Source: an uncultured Gemmatimonadales bacterium (lineage in GTDB: Bacteria; Gemmatimonadota; Gemmatimonadetes; Gemmatimonadales; Gemmatimonadaceae). Taken from it: a stretch of DNA of 64,000 bases. A program made the translations under genes and the position numbers. Shown here one piece after another: positions 18,319 to 27,553 of the stretch (positions within the stretch are counted from its first letter, which is position 1; each line of letters opens with the position of its first letter). The notes under the pieces are model-generated. The model saw nothing but the letters and a program-made list of their open reading frames with translations. It made no database searches and had not been told where the DNA came from. The stretch covers positions 5,052,567 through 5,116,566 of the forward strand of contig OY969695.1 of assembly GCA_963701965.1 (NCBI GenBank), read 5' to 3'.

Positions 18319-18392
18319 TGCCCCCGGGGTGACTCGAACACCCGGCCAACGGTTTAGGAAACCGCTGCTCTATCCACCTGAGCTACGGGGGC
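18319..18392 (-). tRNA. tRNA-Arg (anticodon CCT)
   Basis: GCCCCCGTAGCTCAGGTGGATAGAGCAGCGGTTTCCTAAACCGTTGGCCGGGTGTTCGAGTCACCCCGGGGGCA folds as a cloverleaf; CCA is not encoded. Confidence 0.97.
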
Positions 18393-18438
18393 AAGATTCC
18401 GTGCAGTCGCAATTTACAGCCGTCCAACTACGGTTGCA

Positions 18439-19164
18439 TCACTGGACGCAGTCGCGCATGCCGGTGGTGTTGTCGTCGTAGCAGAGGCGACGCAGGGCGA
18501 ATTGGTTGTCCCCGACGCGCGGGAGTTGCGCGTCGAAGGTGATGGTGAGACGCGTGCCGCCACGGAAGAAGGAGAAGCGTCCGCGCGCTTCGCAGCCGCC
18601 GTCACCGCAGTTCATGGTGTCGATGTGCGCGCTGCCCGGGTGATATTGATCCATAGCCCAGCCTTCGGACCACTGGATGAATTTGTCGTTGATGCGGGCT
18701 TCCGTGTCCGTCTGATCCGGGCCTGATTGGGCCGACGGGCCCTGCGGCGTCGAGGCGACGTCACCGTCGTATACGAGCCCCACCCCCCGACATTGGTCGA
18801 TCGTCTCGCGGACGTACTGCGGATCGTGCACCATCTTCTTCAGTTCCAGCGTATCGGTGGGGCCGTGAGTCGGCACGATCAATCCGAGCTGCTCGGCCGT
18901 GCGGCGAGCGAACAGATAGGATTTCTCGGAGCCCAGTACGCGAAAGTGCTCCCGGCGCTCGTCGCCGGCATTTTTCGCGAAAATCTCCTCCACCTCGTTC
19001 GCGGCAGTGCAGACCATTGCGAGGCGATAGCCTTCCAACGTTTGAGGGGGCAGCAGCGAGTCCCACCTGAAGAACTCGCGTTCGGATGCGTTGGCGGCAT
19101 CTTGAGCCCGCGCGACGCCGGCGAGTACGCACAACGAGAGCAATGCAATGGCGGGTATTCTCAC
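18439..19164 (-). CDS. Exported hypothetical protein with paired cysteines
   Basis: Signal peptide ending ARA-QD; six Cys in the mature part. Confidence 0.7.
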   Translation of the reverse strand: MRIPAIALLSLCVLAGVARAQDAANASEREFFRWDSLLPPQTLEGYRLAMVCTAANEVEEIFAKNAGDERREHFRVLGSEKSYLFARRTAEQLGLIVPTHGPTDTLELKKMVHDPQYVRETIDQCRGVGLVYDGDVASTPQGPSAQSGPDQTDTEARINDKFIQWSEGWAMDQYHPGSAHIDTMNCGDGGCEARGRFSFFRGGTRLTITFDAQLPRVGDNQFALRRLCYDDNTTGMRDCVQ

Positions 19165-19604
19165 GTGCCAAGGCTAGCCGTTTGGGCTCAACTAGACCGG
19201 CAGAGCTACGCGCACAACGTTGTCCCGCCGCCACTTACGTGACGCCGTTGAACCAGTACAGCGCCTCAGGCCTGGCCACCGTCCACCCCGATGTTACGCC
19301 TTCCCAACTGGCGCGTCTCCCGGCTTGTTGAAAGCCTGTTGATAACTTGTGGACTTCGAGCGGGGTGGCCTATGTGGTACGCGCCAGTGGGACGGTTCAC
19401 GATGATGCACGACGACGCGACGATGATCATCCGGACGAGCGACGGGACGGAATATGCGTTCGGCCGCGAGCCCGGCGAAACGGCGCCCGAATGGGAACAT
19501 TCGGGCGCTGGCCACCGTCGAACGGTCCGTGCGCCGGCCGGCGGCGATCCCGATGCCCTGCCTCTGCGTGTCCTGGGGATAGCTGGGAACGGCACCGCGA
19601 GCGG

Positions 19605-19994
19605 TCAGCGCCGCTCGAACGTCCTGTCCTGCGACAGCCCAGGGATCGCTAGCGTACCGTCGATCCGGGCGGCCGTGACGAATCGGCCGCTGAAGCCCGA
19701 GTCGACGGTGATGGTGTTGAAGAGGAGGAGGACCGTGCCGCCGGAGACAGTGCCGCGCACGGGGAACGTCGTGACGGCGCCGGCCGCGGAGTCGACACCG
19801 CTGCCGGTGACCGACTGATCGGGATGCGAGACCAGCATCAGCGTCATCCGGTCGGCGCCCATCGTGCTCGTCCACATGCCCGACAATGGATGCGTCGGCT
19901 CCGTCGGATTGGCACAGGCACCGGCGGCCGCAACCGCGCCCATTGCCAGCACCGCCAACCCCAACCGCGCCGATCGTCCGAGGCGTCTCCGCAT
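19605..19994 (-). CDS. Hypothetical lipoprotein
   Basis: Lipobox AGAC, followed by a beta-strand-rich body (LSGMWT...VRGTVSGGTV). Confidence 0.65.
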   Translation of the reverse strand: MRRRLGRSARLGLAVLAMGAVAAAGACANPTEPTHPLSGMWTSTMGADRMTLMLVSHPDQSVTGSGVDSAAGAVTTFPVRGTVSGGTVLLLFNTITVDSGFSGRFVTAARIDGTLAIPGLSQDRTFERR

Positions 19995-20030
19995 ACTAGT
20001 ACGTACGCCGCGAAGCTCACCTCCGTTCCA

Positions 20031-21840
20031 TTACCAGTCCGGTTCGTGCGACGGCCGGGGCGGATTGCGTGTTTGCGGACCTTGCAGTTCCTGCCCGCTG
20101 ACTTGAGCCCGTTCGATGGCGTCCAGCAATTGTCGCGCGTGCGTTTCGGTAATCTCGGGAACGGCGTCGCCACCGCCGCGCGGACCGAGCCCGCCGCCGG
20201 GCGTGGCCCCCGCCCCGGTCTGGGGCGTGCCCGCATACCCGGACTTGGTGAGATTCCCCCCGCCCCAGTCGGCCGCATTGCGGTGCCGCGACATTGACGA
20301 GTGGTCGGTCGCGTCGTCCAGCCGCCGCAGCGCGACTTCGAGATTCCACTTGGCGTCGATGTCGCCCGGGTCGCGCACCAGCGCCTCCTCGTACGACTCC
20401 ACCGCGGCGCGCAGCGCCATCCGCTTGCTCGTGTGATCGATCGAGGCCCGCGCCTGCCAGATATACGTATTCCCGAGATTGTAGTACGCGCGCGCGGCCA
20501 GCCGCGCATCGGCGCCCAGCGCGGCGTGCAACGACTGCGCGGCGGCGTCGAACCGGCCCAGCCGATATTGTGTGGTCCCCAGATCGTAACTCAGGAGCGG
20601 CACCGCGTTGCCCGTATGACGCACCACCGGTTGGCGGAGCAGCCCTTGAAACGCGTCGGCCGCCTCATGCCATTGCCGCACCGCGTACAACCGGGCCGCG
20701 CGCTGGCGCCCGATGACGAGCCCGATGCGCCCGGCGCCCGCGCGCGCGGCGACACCGGCGGCGAGCACGATCGCCGCGACGAGCACGAAGAACGCATCGC
20801 ATCGCGCGGCGCACCACCCGTGCCGAGTCCGCGGGCGCCCCACGCCCGGCAGCGACGGCAGCAACCACGCGAGGAGCGCGGCGCCGAGCGGCCACTGATA
20901 GCGATCCGGCGCGACCGCGCGGGCGTGGCCGGCGATCGCACGCGGCGGGAGTTGCGCGATCGACGCCACCACCGGCGCGACGCTCGCCGAGCCCGACCAC
21001 CGCACCGCGACCCCGCCGGTGCGCCGGGCGATGTCCGACAGATTCGTCTCCATGAGCCGCGTGATGACCACGCGCCCCGCCCAATCGGTATGCGGTCGCA
21101 CCTGCCCTGACGCATCGCGCTCGTCGATCGTGGTGCCCGCCGCCGTGCCCACGCCCACCGCGAACGTGCGGAGCCCGGCCGCCTGCAGCGTTCGGATCGA
21201 ACCCTCGAGCTTCCCTTCGTTGTCCTCGCCGTCGGACAGGATCACCAGCGCCGTCGACGCCGGCGTCCCATCCTCGCGCGCGACCCGCGCCGCGACGCCC
21301 ACCGCCGCCTCGATGTCCGTCGCCAAATCCGGCACATTGCTCGGCGACGCCGCGTCCAGGAACTGCTCCCACGTCGCGCGGTCGGCGGTGGCCGGCAGTT
21401 GGCGGAATCCGCTGCCCGCGAACACGAGCAGGCCCACGCGGTCGTTGGGCAACGCCCGGGCGATCGCGCGCGCGGCGTCCTTGGCCGCCGCCAGAGCGCG
21501 ACGGCGCGACATTGCCGGCCAGCATCGAGCGCGAGAGGTCGAGCAGGAAGAGGACGTCCGCCCCCTCGCGCGCCACGGCCCGCGGCGTGGCGCCGCGCGC
21601 ATCCTGCGGCCGCGCCAGCGCCACGACGCCGAACACGAGGCCCGCGATACCGAGCGCCGAGCGCGTGAGGCGCTGGCGCCGGGTCGGCAGCGCCGAGATC
21701 GGCGCCAAGAGCCGCGACTCGCCAAACGTCGCCAACGTCGTCCGCCACTGCCGCTCGCGCCGCACCGCGGCGGCCAGCGCCAGTGGCACTAGCGGCACCA
21801 GCAGCGCGAGCACCCATGGCGCGCCGAAGGAAAGGGTCAC
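20031..21840 (-). CDS. BatB-like VWA protein fused to BatC-like TPR domain (1-bp frameshift near 21495)
   Basis: N-part: LARPQ...LLDLSRSMLA. C-part: DRVGLLVFAG, ILSDGED, AYYNLGN, DAKWNLE. Removing one base at ~21495 restores APSRLAAAK. Confidence 0.78.
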
Positions 21841-22835
21841 GGCACCCCCTTGAGCAGCGTGGCCCGCAGCGCCCACGCGCCAATGAACAGCACGCAGGCC
21901 GTGACGACGGGCACCCAGAACCATTCGTGGTACGTCAGAACCTGGCGCAGATGCAGATCGGTACGCTCCAGCCGGTCGATGTCCTCGATGGCGCCGCGCA
22001 GGCCGGCGTCATCCGTGGCCCGGTAGTAGCGCCCGCCGCTCGTCGTCGCGATGCGCTTGAGCAGCAACTCTTCGACACTGGTCAGCGACGATGGCGCTTC
22101 GCCCATGCTGGCCGGCGCGCCCATGGAGTCGACCGCCGCTTCGGTACCGTGCAACGTGTTGGCGCTGACCCCTACGGCATACACGCGGATGCCGAGCGCG
22201 CGGGCGATAGCGGCGGCGGTCAACGGATCGGGCATGCCCGCGTTGTTGCCGCCGTCCGTCACCAGCACGATCACCCCCGCCCCGCGCGGCAGATCCTTGA
22301 GGTGCCGCTCGGCCATCGCCAGCGCCGTCCCGATCGCCGTCCCGTCCGGCAAAAGCCCAATGTCGGCGCGCTCCAGCAGGGCGAGGATGACCGCGTCGTC
22401 CGGCGTCAACGGCGCCTGTGTGAAGGCCCGCCCGGCGAACAGCACGAGCCCCTGAAAGTCGTCCGGCCGCCGGCGCACGAAGTCGGCGAGCACGCGCTTG
22501 GCCGCGTCGAGCCGGTTGCCGGCGCGGGAACCGAGATCGCGGGCCTTCATGCTGCTCGAGATGTCGAGCGCGAACATCACGTTCCGGCCGTGCAACGTCG
22601 TCGTGCGCACGTCGCCATTGGTGCGGGGGCGCGCCAATCCGAGGACGAGGAGCGCCAGCGCCACCGTGCGCAGCCAGGACGGGAGCTGCGCCCAACGCGC
22701 GCGCCCGGTGGCACCGCGGCGTGCATCCACGGCCAAGAGCGGGAGCGCGAGCCAACCCGAGGGATGGCGGGCGCCGATCGCGTCCCCGAGGACGAGGAGG
22801 AGCAGCAGCAGGGCGATCGGGTCAGCGAGATGCAT
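21837..22835 (-). CDS. BatA-like VWA domain protein
   Basis: LARPR, MIDAS DISSSM, GTAIG, LVTDGGNNAG, GIRVYAVGV. Confidence 0.88.
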   Translation of the reverse strand: MHLADPIALLLLLLVLGDAIGARHPSGWLALPLLAVDARRGATGRARWAQLPSWLRTVALALLVLGLARPRTNGDVRTTTLHGRNVMFALDISSSMKARDLGSRAGNRLDAAKRVLADFVRRRPDDFQGLVLFAGRAFTQAPLTPDDAVILALLERADIGLLPDGTAIGTALAMAERHLKDLPRGAGVIVLVTDGGNNAGMPDPLTAAAIARALGIRVYAVGVSANTLHGTEAAVDSMGAPASMGEAPSSLTSVEELLLKRIATTSGGRYYRATDDAGLRGAIEDIDRLERTDLHLRQVLTYHEWFWVPVVTACVLFIGAWALRATLLKGVP

Positions 22836-23772
22836 GGAAGTCCCGCCAGGCCGCCAGGACGGCGCGCGCCTGCCCCGTGTAGGCGCCGGCCGCCTCGGCA
22901 CTGGGACGTACTCCGGCAAATTTCACGCGATCGGCGTCGCCGAGGAACGACCGGAGGGCCGCGCCGCCGCCGTTGTTCGCTATGGCGTCGGGCATCGCCC
23001 GCAGAATCTCCGGCGTCGTGCGCTCGAGCGCCGGAATGGCATGGGCCGACTCCAGATACCCGCGGACCACGTCGGCCACCTGGGCGTAGAGGCGATCGAT
23101 GGATCCTCGCGACCATCCCGCGCGCTCGATGTCGGCGAGCCGGTCCAGCGCCACGTCGTACGCCGAGAGCGGCCGGGTGGCGGCCTCCACGGCGGCGGCC
23201 GCTATCAACGCGCGCCGGCGCGCCGCCCGCCCCAGACGCCAGACGAGCGCGCTGCCCGCGAGCACGACGACCGCAACGGCGAACACGGCCACGGTGGCCG
23301 GCGTCAGCCACGGCCGGTCGACGTCGCGCACGTCGCGCAGCGTGGCGTTCCCGACCGGCAGCACCGGATGAATCAGGAGCGGGAGCGGCGCGCTGGTCGC
23401 GGTGTCGGCCCCGGCCGCCGTCCGATAGGCGATAGCGAACGCGGGCACGGTCTGCGAGTCCGGCCGAAAGAACGCGACCCGCACCCGTCCCACGACGACG
23501 CCACCGTCGATGCGCAGGCTGTCCACCGACAGGACGCGGACGCCGTCCGGAAGGGTGTCCCGCATGCGGGGGACCCGATCGATCAGGACGGCGCCGCGCG
23601 GCAGCGCGCCGGTGATTCGCACGTCTATGGGATCGCCGACCGTGCGCGGCGCGGCGGTCACCTGCGCGCGGAGCGTGACCGGGCCGCCGCTCACGTCTAT
23701 CGGATCGCCGACCGTGCGCGGCGCAGCGGTGACCTGGGCGCGGAGCGTGACCCCGCCGCCGGTCTGGATCAC
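22822..23772 (-). CDS. Bat-operon-associated membrane protein
   Basis: TVGDPI motif, one TM helix, then ALERTTPE...FLGDADRVKFA; lies between DUF58 and BatA. Confidence 0.72.
   Translation of the reverse strand: MIQTGGGVTLRAQVTAAPRTVGDPIDVSGGPVTLRAQVTAAPRTVGDPIDVRITGALPRGAVLIDRVPRMRDTLPDGVRVLSVDSLRIDGGVVVGRVRVAFFRPDSQTVPAFAIAYRTAAGADTATSAPLPLLIHPVLPVGNATLRDVRDVDRPWLTPATVAVFAVAVVVLAGSALVWRLGRAARRRALIAAAAVEAATRPLSAYDVALDRLADIERAGWSRGSIDRLYAQVADVVRGYLESAHAIPALERTTPEILRAMPDAIANNGGGAALRSFLGDADRVKFAGVRPSAEAAGAYTGQARAVLAAWRDFHASR
23620..23763. repeat. 72-bp in-frame tandem duplication (2 copies)
   Basis: Encodes VTLRAQVTAAPRTVGDPIDV twice; the copies differ at several third-codon positions. Confidence 0.9.
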
Positions 23773-23773
23773 G

Positions 23774-24655
23774 TCAGTGCAACTGCCGCCGCTCGCGGCG
23801 CCGAAAGAACGCCACGAGCGGCCCGACGTAGCCGCGCCCGGTCTCCAGCCGGATGAGATCGACGCCGCGGCGTTGGAGTGTCTGCCGCACCTGGGCGTCG
23901 AACCGCGCGCCGCGGGCGGCGTACTCGGCGCGCACGGCAGCGCTCCCCGTGTCCAGCGTCTGCCACCGCCCCGACTCCGGATCGCGCACGGTCACCAATC
24001 CCACCGCGGGCAACTCGCGCTCCCGCGGATCGACGAGCTGCACGGCGATTGTGTCGTGGCGCCGCGCCGCGATGGCCAGCTCCCGGCGCACACCGTCCGC
24101 GGGCGCCATCCAGTCGGAGACGAGGAACAGCACGGCGCGGCGATGCAGCACGCGATTGACGTAGGCCAGCGCGGCGGCCAGATCGGTGCCGCGCCCCGTG
24201 GGCCGGAACGCGACCAGCTCGCGTAACACGCGGCGCACGTGGCGCCGCCCTTTGGCCGGCGCCACGTACTGTTCCACGCGGTCGGTGAAGAACGCCGCGC
24301 CCACGCGGTCGTTGTTCCGCGCCGCGGCCAGGGCCAGCACGGCGCACACCTCGGCGCCGAGCCGGTCCTTGGGGCGAAGACGACTGCCGAACGCCGCCGA
24401 CGCGCTGCGGTCGATGAGCAGCAGCACCGTGAGCTCGCGCTCTTCGACGTACCGCCGCACGTAGGCCGACGATGAGCGCGCCGTCACCGTCCAGTCGATG
24501 GTGCGGACATCGTCCCCGAATTGGTATTCGCGGACATCGGCGAACTCGACGCCCCGCCCTTTGAAGACACTGCCGTACTGACCGGCCAGGACATTGCGCA
24601 CGAGCCGGCGACTGCCCAGCTCCAATCGGCGCACGTCCTCGCCCACGTCGGTCAT
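23774..24655 (-). CDS. DUF58 domain protein
   Basis: GQYGSVFKGRGVEFADVREYQFGDDVRTIDWTVTAR and EERE motifs. Confidence 0.92.
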   Translation of the reverse strand: MTDVGEDVRRLELGSRRLVRNVLAGQYGSVFKGRGVEFADVREYQFGDDVRTIDWTVTARSSSAYVRRYVEERELTVLLLIDRSASAAFGSRLRPKDRLGAEVCAVLALAAARNNDRVGAAFFTDRVEQYVAPAKGRRHVRRVLRELVAFRPTGRGTDLAAALAYVNRVLHRRAVLFLVSDWMAPADGVRRELAIAARRHDTIAVQLVDPRERELPAVGLVTVRDPESGRWQTLDTGSAAVRAEYAARGARFDAQVRQTLQRRGVDLIRLETGRGYVGPLVAFFRRRERRQLH

Positions 24656-25671
24656 GGCACCGGCAGGATGTCGAGCACGCGTTGCACCACCTCGTCGGTC
24701 GTCACCCGCTCGGCGTCGGCCTCGTACGTCAACCCGATGCGATGCCGCAGGACGTCGGGCGCGACGAACTTGATGTCCGCGGGGGCCACCCACCCGCGTC
24801 CCTCCAGAAATGCGCGCGCCTTGGCCGCGCGCACCAGCGCGATCGACGCGCGCGGACTCGCGCCGTACTCGACCAGGGGTTCGAGCGCCGCCAGTCCGGC
24901 GGGCGCCGGCGCGCGCGTGGTGCGGACAATGTCGAGGGCGTAATCGCGGGCCCGCGGGTCGAGATAGATGCGGTCGACGACGCGCCGCGCCCGCAGCACG
25001 CGGGCCGCATCGATCACCGGCCGGATGACGGGCGGCGCGCCGCTGGTCATGCGGTCCAGCATGGTGCTCTCGTCATCGCGCGCGGGATAGCGGACCACGA
25101 GCTTCATCATGAACCGGTCGACCTGCGCTTCGGGGAGCGGATAGGTCCCTTCGTGCTCGATGGGGTTCTGCGTGGCCAGCACCAGAAAGGGCTCATCGAG
25201 CGGGAACGTCTGCCCACCGATCGTCACCTGCTTTTCCTGCATCGCTTCCAGGAGCGCGCTCTGCACCTTGGCCGGCGCCCGATTGATCTCGTCGGCCAGC
25301 ACGATGTGGGCGAAGATCGGGCCGCGTTGCACGGAGAACTCGCCCGTGCGCTGATTGTAGATCATCGTGCCGACGACGTCCGCCGGCAGCAGGTCCGGCG
25401 TGAACTGGACGCGGCGAAAGGTGCAGTCGACTGCCGCCGCCAGGGCGCGCACGGCCAACGTCTTGGCCAGGCCGGGCAACCCCTCGAGCAAGAGGTGCCC
25501 GTCCGCCAGGAGTCCGAGCAACAAACCATCGAGCAGGTGCTGTTGCCCTATGACCGCACGCCCGAGCTCGGCCTCCACCTCGGCGACGAACGCGTTCTCG
25601 GCGCGTACCACCGCATCGAGGGCATCGAGCTCAGCCGGATCGCGCGGATGAGTGACGATGACATTGGTCAT
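24652..25671 (-). CDS. moxR: MoxR family AAA+ ATPase
   Basis: GLPGLAKT, QFTPDLLPAD, LADEINRAPAKVQSALLEAM, ATQNPIE. Confidence 0.95.
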   Translation of the reverse strand: MTNVIVTHPRDPAELDALDAVVRAENAFVAEVEAELGRAVIGQQHLLDGLLLGLLADGHLLLEGLPGLAKTLAVRALAAAVDCTFRRVQFTPDLLPADVVGTMIYNQRTGEFSVQRGPIFAHIVLADEINRAPAKVQSALLEAMQEKQVTIGGQTFPLDEPFLVLATQNPIEHEGTYPLPEAQVDRFMMKLVVRYPARDDESTMLDRMTSGAPPVIRPVIDAARVLRARRVVDRIYLDPRARDYALDIVRTTRAPAPAGLAALEPLVEYGASPRASIALVRAAKARAFLEGRGWVAPADIKFVAPDVLRHRIGLTYEADAERVTTDEVVQRVLDILPVP

Positions 25672-25687
25672 CGTCGGAGTATAGCCG

Positions 25688-26215
25688 TCAGTACGTGAGG
25701 AGCGCGCTGGCCTTTCGTGCGCCCAAAGCCGCGCGCCCGTTGAGGAACGACAGGGCGATGAGGAAGCTCAGGCCGACGATGTGGACGCCGAGACGCTCCA
25801 GAAGCTGGCACGTGGCGGCGGCCGTGCCGCCGGTGGCCAACACGTCATCGACGATCAGGACGCGCGGGGGCGGCTCGTAGGTCTCGCGATGGATCTCCAG
25901 CACGCCGCTGCCGTACTCCAGGGCGTACTCGATCCGCTCCGTCGCGAAGGGGAGTTTCCCGGCCTTGCGCACGGGGATGAAGCCGGCGTTGAGGGCCTGG
26001 GCGACAGGCGCGCCAAAGATGAAACCGCGCGCTTCCACGGCGACCACGTGGGTGACGTGGGCCTCGGCGAACGGCGCCGCCAGCGCGTCGGTCGCCCGGC
26101 GAAACGCCGCGGCGTCGGCGAGGAGCGGCGTGATGTCCTTGAACACGATCCCCGGTGTGGGGAAATCGGGGATGTCGCGCACGTACGCGCGCAGATCGGT
26201 GTCAATGGCGGTCAC
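25688..26215 (-). CDS. apt: Adenine phosphoribosyltransferase
   Basis: PDFPTPGIVFKDITPLL, EARGF, RKAGKLP, VDDVLATGGT. Confidence 0.96.
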   Translation of the reverse strand: MTAIDTDLRAYVRDIPDFPTPGIVFKDITPLLADAAAFRRATDALAAPFAEAHVTHVVAVEARGFIFGAPVAQALNAGFIPVRKAGKLPFATERIEYALEYGSGVLEIHRETYEPPPRVLIVDDVLATGGTAAATCQLLERLGVHIVGLSFLIALSFLNGRAALGARKASALLTY

Positions 26216-26514
26216 TCGTGCACCACGGCAAAGGGACGTGGAAGGGATGGACTGACGGATGCTATCGCCTCGGTGGCCTCTGTGCCCTCGACGGGCTCCA
26301 CGGCATCAACGCGGGCGTGCTTTGGCCCGCGGCGCACCGCGGCGAGAAACTGGTCCGTGGCGGCGGCGTCGCCGGACACCAGGAGCTCGACGCTGCCGTC
26401 CGACCGGTTGCGAACCCAGCCGGCGAGACCTAGGGCGTCGGCGCGTTCCCGAACGAACCAGCGGAACCCGACGCCCTGCACGCGGCCGACGACGCGGACG
26501 TGGTGCACGGGCAC
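26212..26514 (-). CDS. acyP: Acylphosphatase
   Basis: GRVQGVGFR and GWVRNRSDGSVE motifs. Confidence 0.93.
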   Translation of the reverse strand: MPVHHVRVVGRVQGVGFRWFVRERADALGLAGWVRNRSDGSVELLVSGDAAATDQFLAAVRRGPKHARVDAVEPVEGTEATEAIASVSPSLPRPFAVVHE

Positions 26515-26523
26515 ACCGGCAAT

Positions 26524-27531
26524 CTAGCCTCGGACGCCGAGGAGTGCCGACAACGCGGCGGCGAGAGCGGCGGCGAGCGCCGGATCGTCATCGACGTGCG
26601 GGACCGCGCCCGGGACCACGAGCTCGCCGCGACGGATCCGCCCGGCCACCGTCTCGAGCGCCGCGGCGACCAGACGATTGCCCGCTTCGGGCTGCGTCGG
26701 GAGCAACACGGGCGTCGTCGTCGGCCGCACAGCCGCGACGCGGAGGGGAGGCTCGGCACTCACCCACGGCGGGGTGATGCGGCGATTGATGACCGGCGTC
26801 GGGTCGGACGGGCCAACCATCGCGGGCGGAGGCGGCGTGCGGCGCGGCGGGGCGTACACGGGGAGTGGCGTCTCAGCAACCGCGTCCCCAAACAACGCCT
26901 CCTCGGCACTCACCCCGGGGACGCTCGACCACGTGTTGTAGGTCGGCGTCTCGTGCACCGCGTAGGTCTCGAGCTCCGGCTCCGTCGCCAGCGGCTCGGC
27001 CGCCAACGGCTCGGCTGCCAACGGCTCGGCTGCCAACGGCTCGGCAACCAGCGGCCCGGGCTCGGGTTCAACTACGGGCTCGGGTTCGACCACGGGTTCG
27101 GGTGCGACAGCGACGGGTTCGGGCTCGAACGTCTCGGGAGCGGCCGACGCCGCGACCGACGCCCAACTCGGGGCTTCGTCATCCTCTGGGACCGCATAGG
27201 GCACGTCGGTCACCGCCTCGGCAACCGCCTCATACGCCGCGATCGCGTCGTGCTGAGGGATCGTCTCCTGCTCCACTGGCGGCGGCGCCACCTCCTCCTC
27301 GTGGACATCGGCGACAGCCGTCGGCAGCGCCACGGGTGCGCCGTACGCCGCGCGCACGCTACCGGGCTTCGGTCCACCGTAGCGGATCGGCCCAAACGGC
27401 GGCAGCGTCACCCGCCCACTCATGAGGTCACCGCGGAGCGCGGGTCGCGCGCCAGCGACCACCGGCTTCACAAACGGCTTGAGAGCCGGCCGCGCAACCT
27501 GTTGAAAGGACGGACTTTCTGTTCCCGACAT
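26524..27531 (-). CDS. Pro/Glu-rich intrinsically disordered protein with C-terminal helices
   Basis: 335 aa; EPEPVV and EPLAA repeats; amphipathic C-terminus LVAAALETVAGRIRRGEL...ALAAALAAALSALL. Confidence 0.75.
   Translation of the reverse strand: MSGTESPSFQQVARPALKPFVKPVVAGARPALRGDLMSGRVTLPPFGPIRYGGPKPGSVRAAYGAPVALPTAVADVHEEEVAPPPVEQETIPQHDAIAAYEAVAEAVTDVPYAVPEDDEAPSWASVAASAAPETFEPEPVAVAPEPVVEPEPVVEPEPGPLVAEPLAAEPLAAEPLAAEPLATEPELETYAVHETPTYNTWSSVPGVSAEEALFGDAVAETPLPVYAPPRRTPPPPAMVGPSDPTPVINRRITPPWVSAEPPLRVAAVRPTTTPVLLPTQPEAGNRLVAAALETVAGRIRRGELVVPGAVPHVDDDPALAAALAAALSALLGVRG
26987..27046. repeat. 15-bp tandem repeat x4 (encodes AEPLA)
   Basis: Unit GCCARCGGCTCGGCH repeated four times; two 18-bp EPEPVV units follow at 27058-27093. 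Confidence 0.88.
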
Positions 27532-27553
27532 CGCGCATTCCCCTTAGGTCTCG

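Larger units (their letters stand above)
14788..18360. mobile_element. ~3.5-kb integrative island remnant in tRNA-Arg(CCT)
   Basis: 44-bp direct repeats at both ends, a tyrosine integrase next to the tRNA, and fragmentary cargo. Confidence 0.88.

Noticed and set aside
19291..19818. Plus-strand ORF in the 19.2-19.6 kb gap
   Set aside because: It overlaps the convergent lipoprotein gene and has no recognisable motif.
26987..27093. CRISPR-like array
   Set aside because: The repeats are contiguous, in-frame and spacer-less, and no cas genes are in the window.
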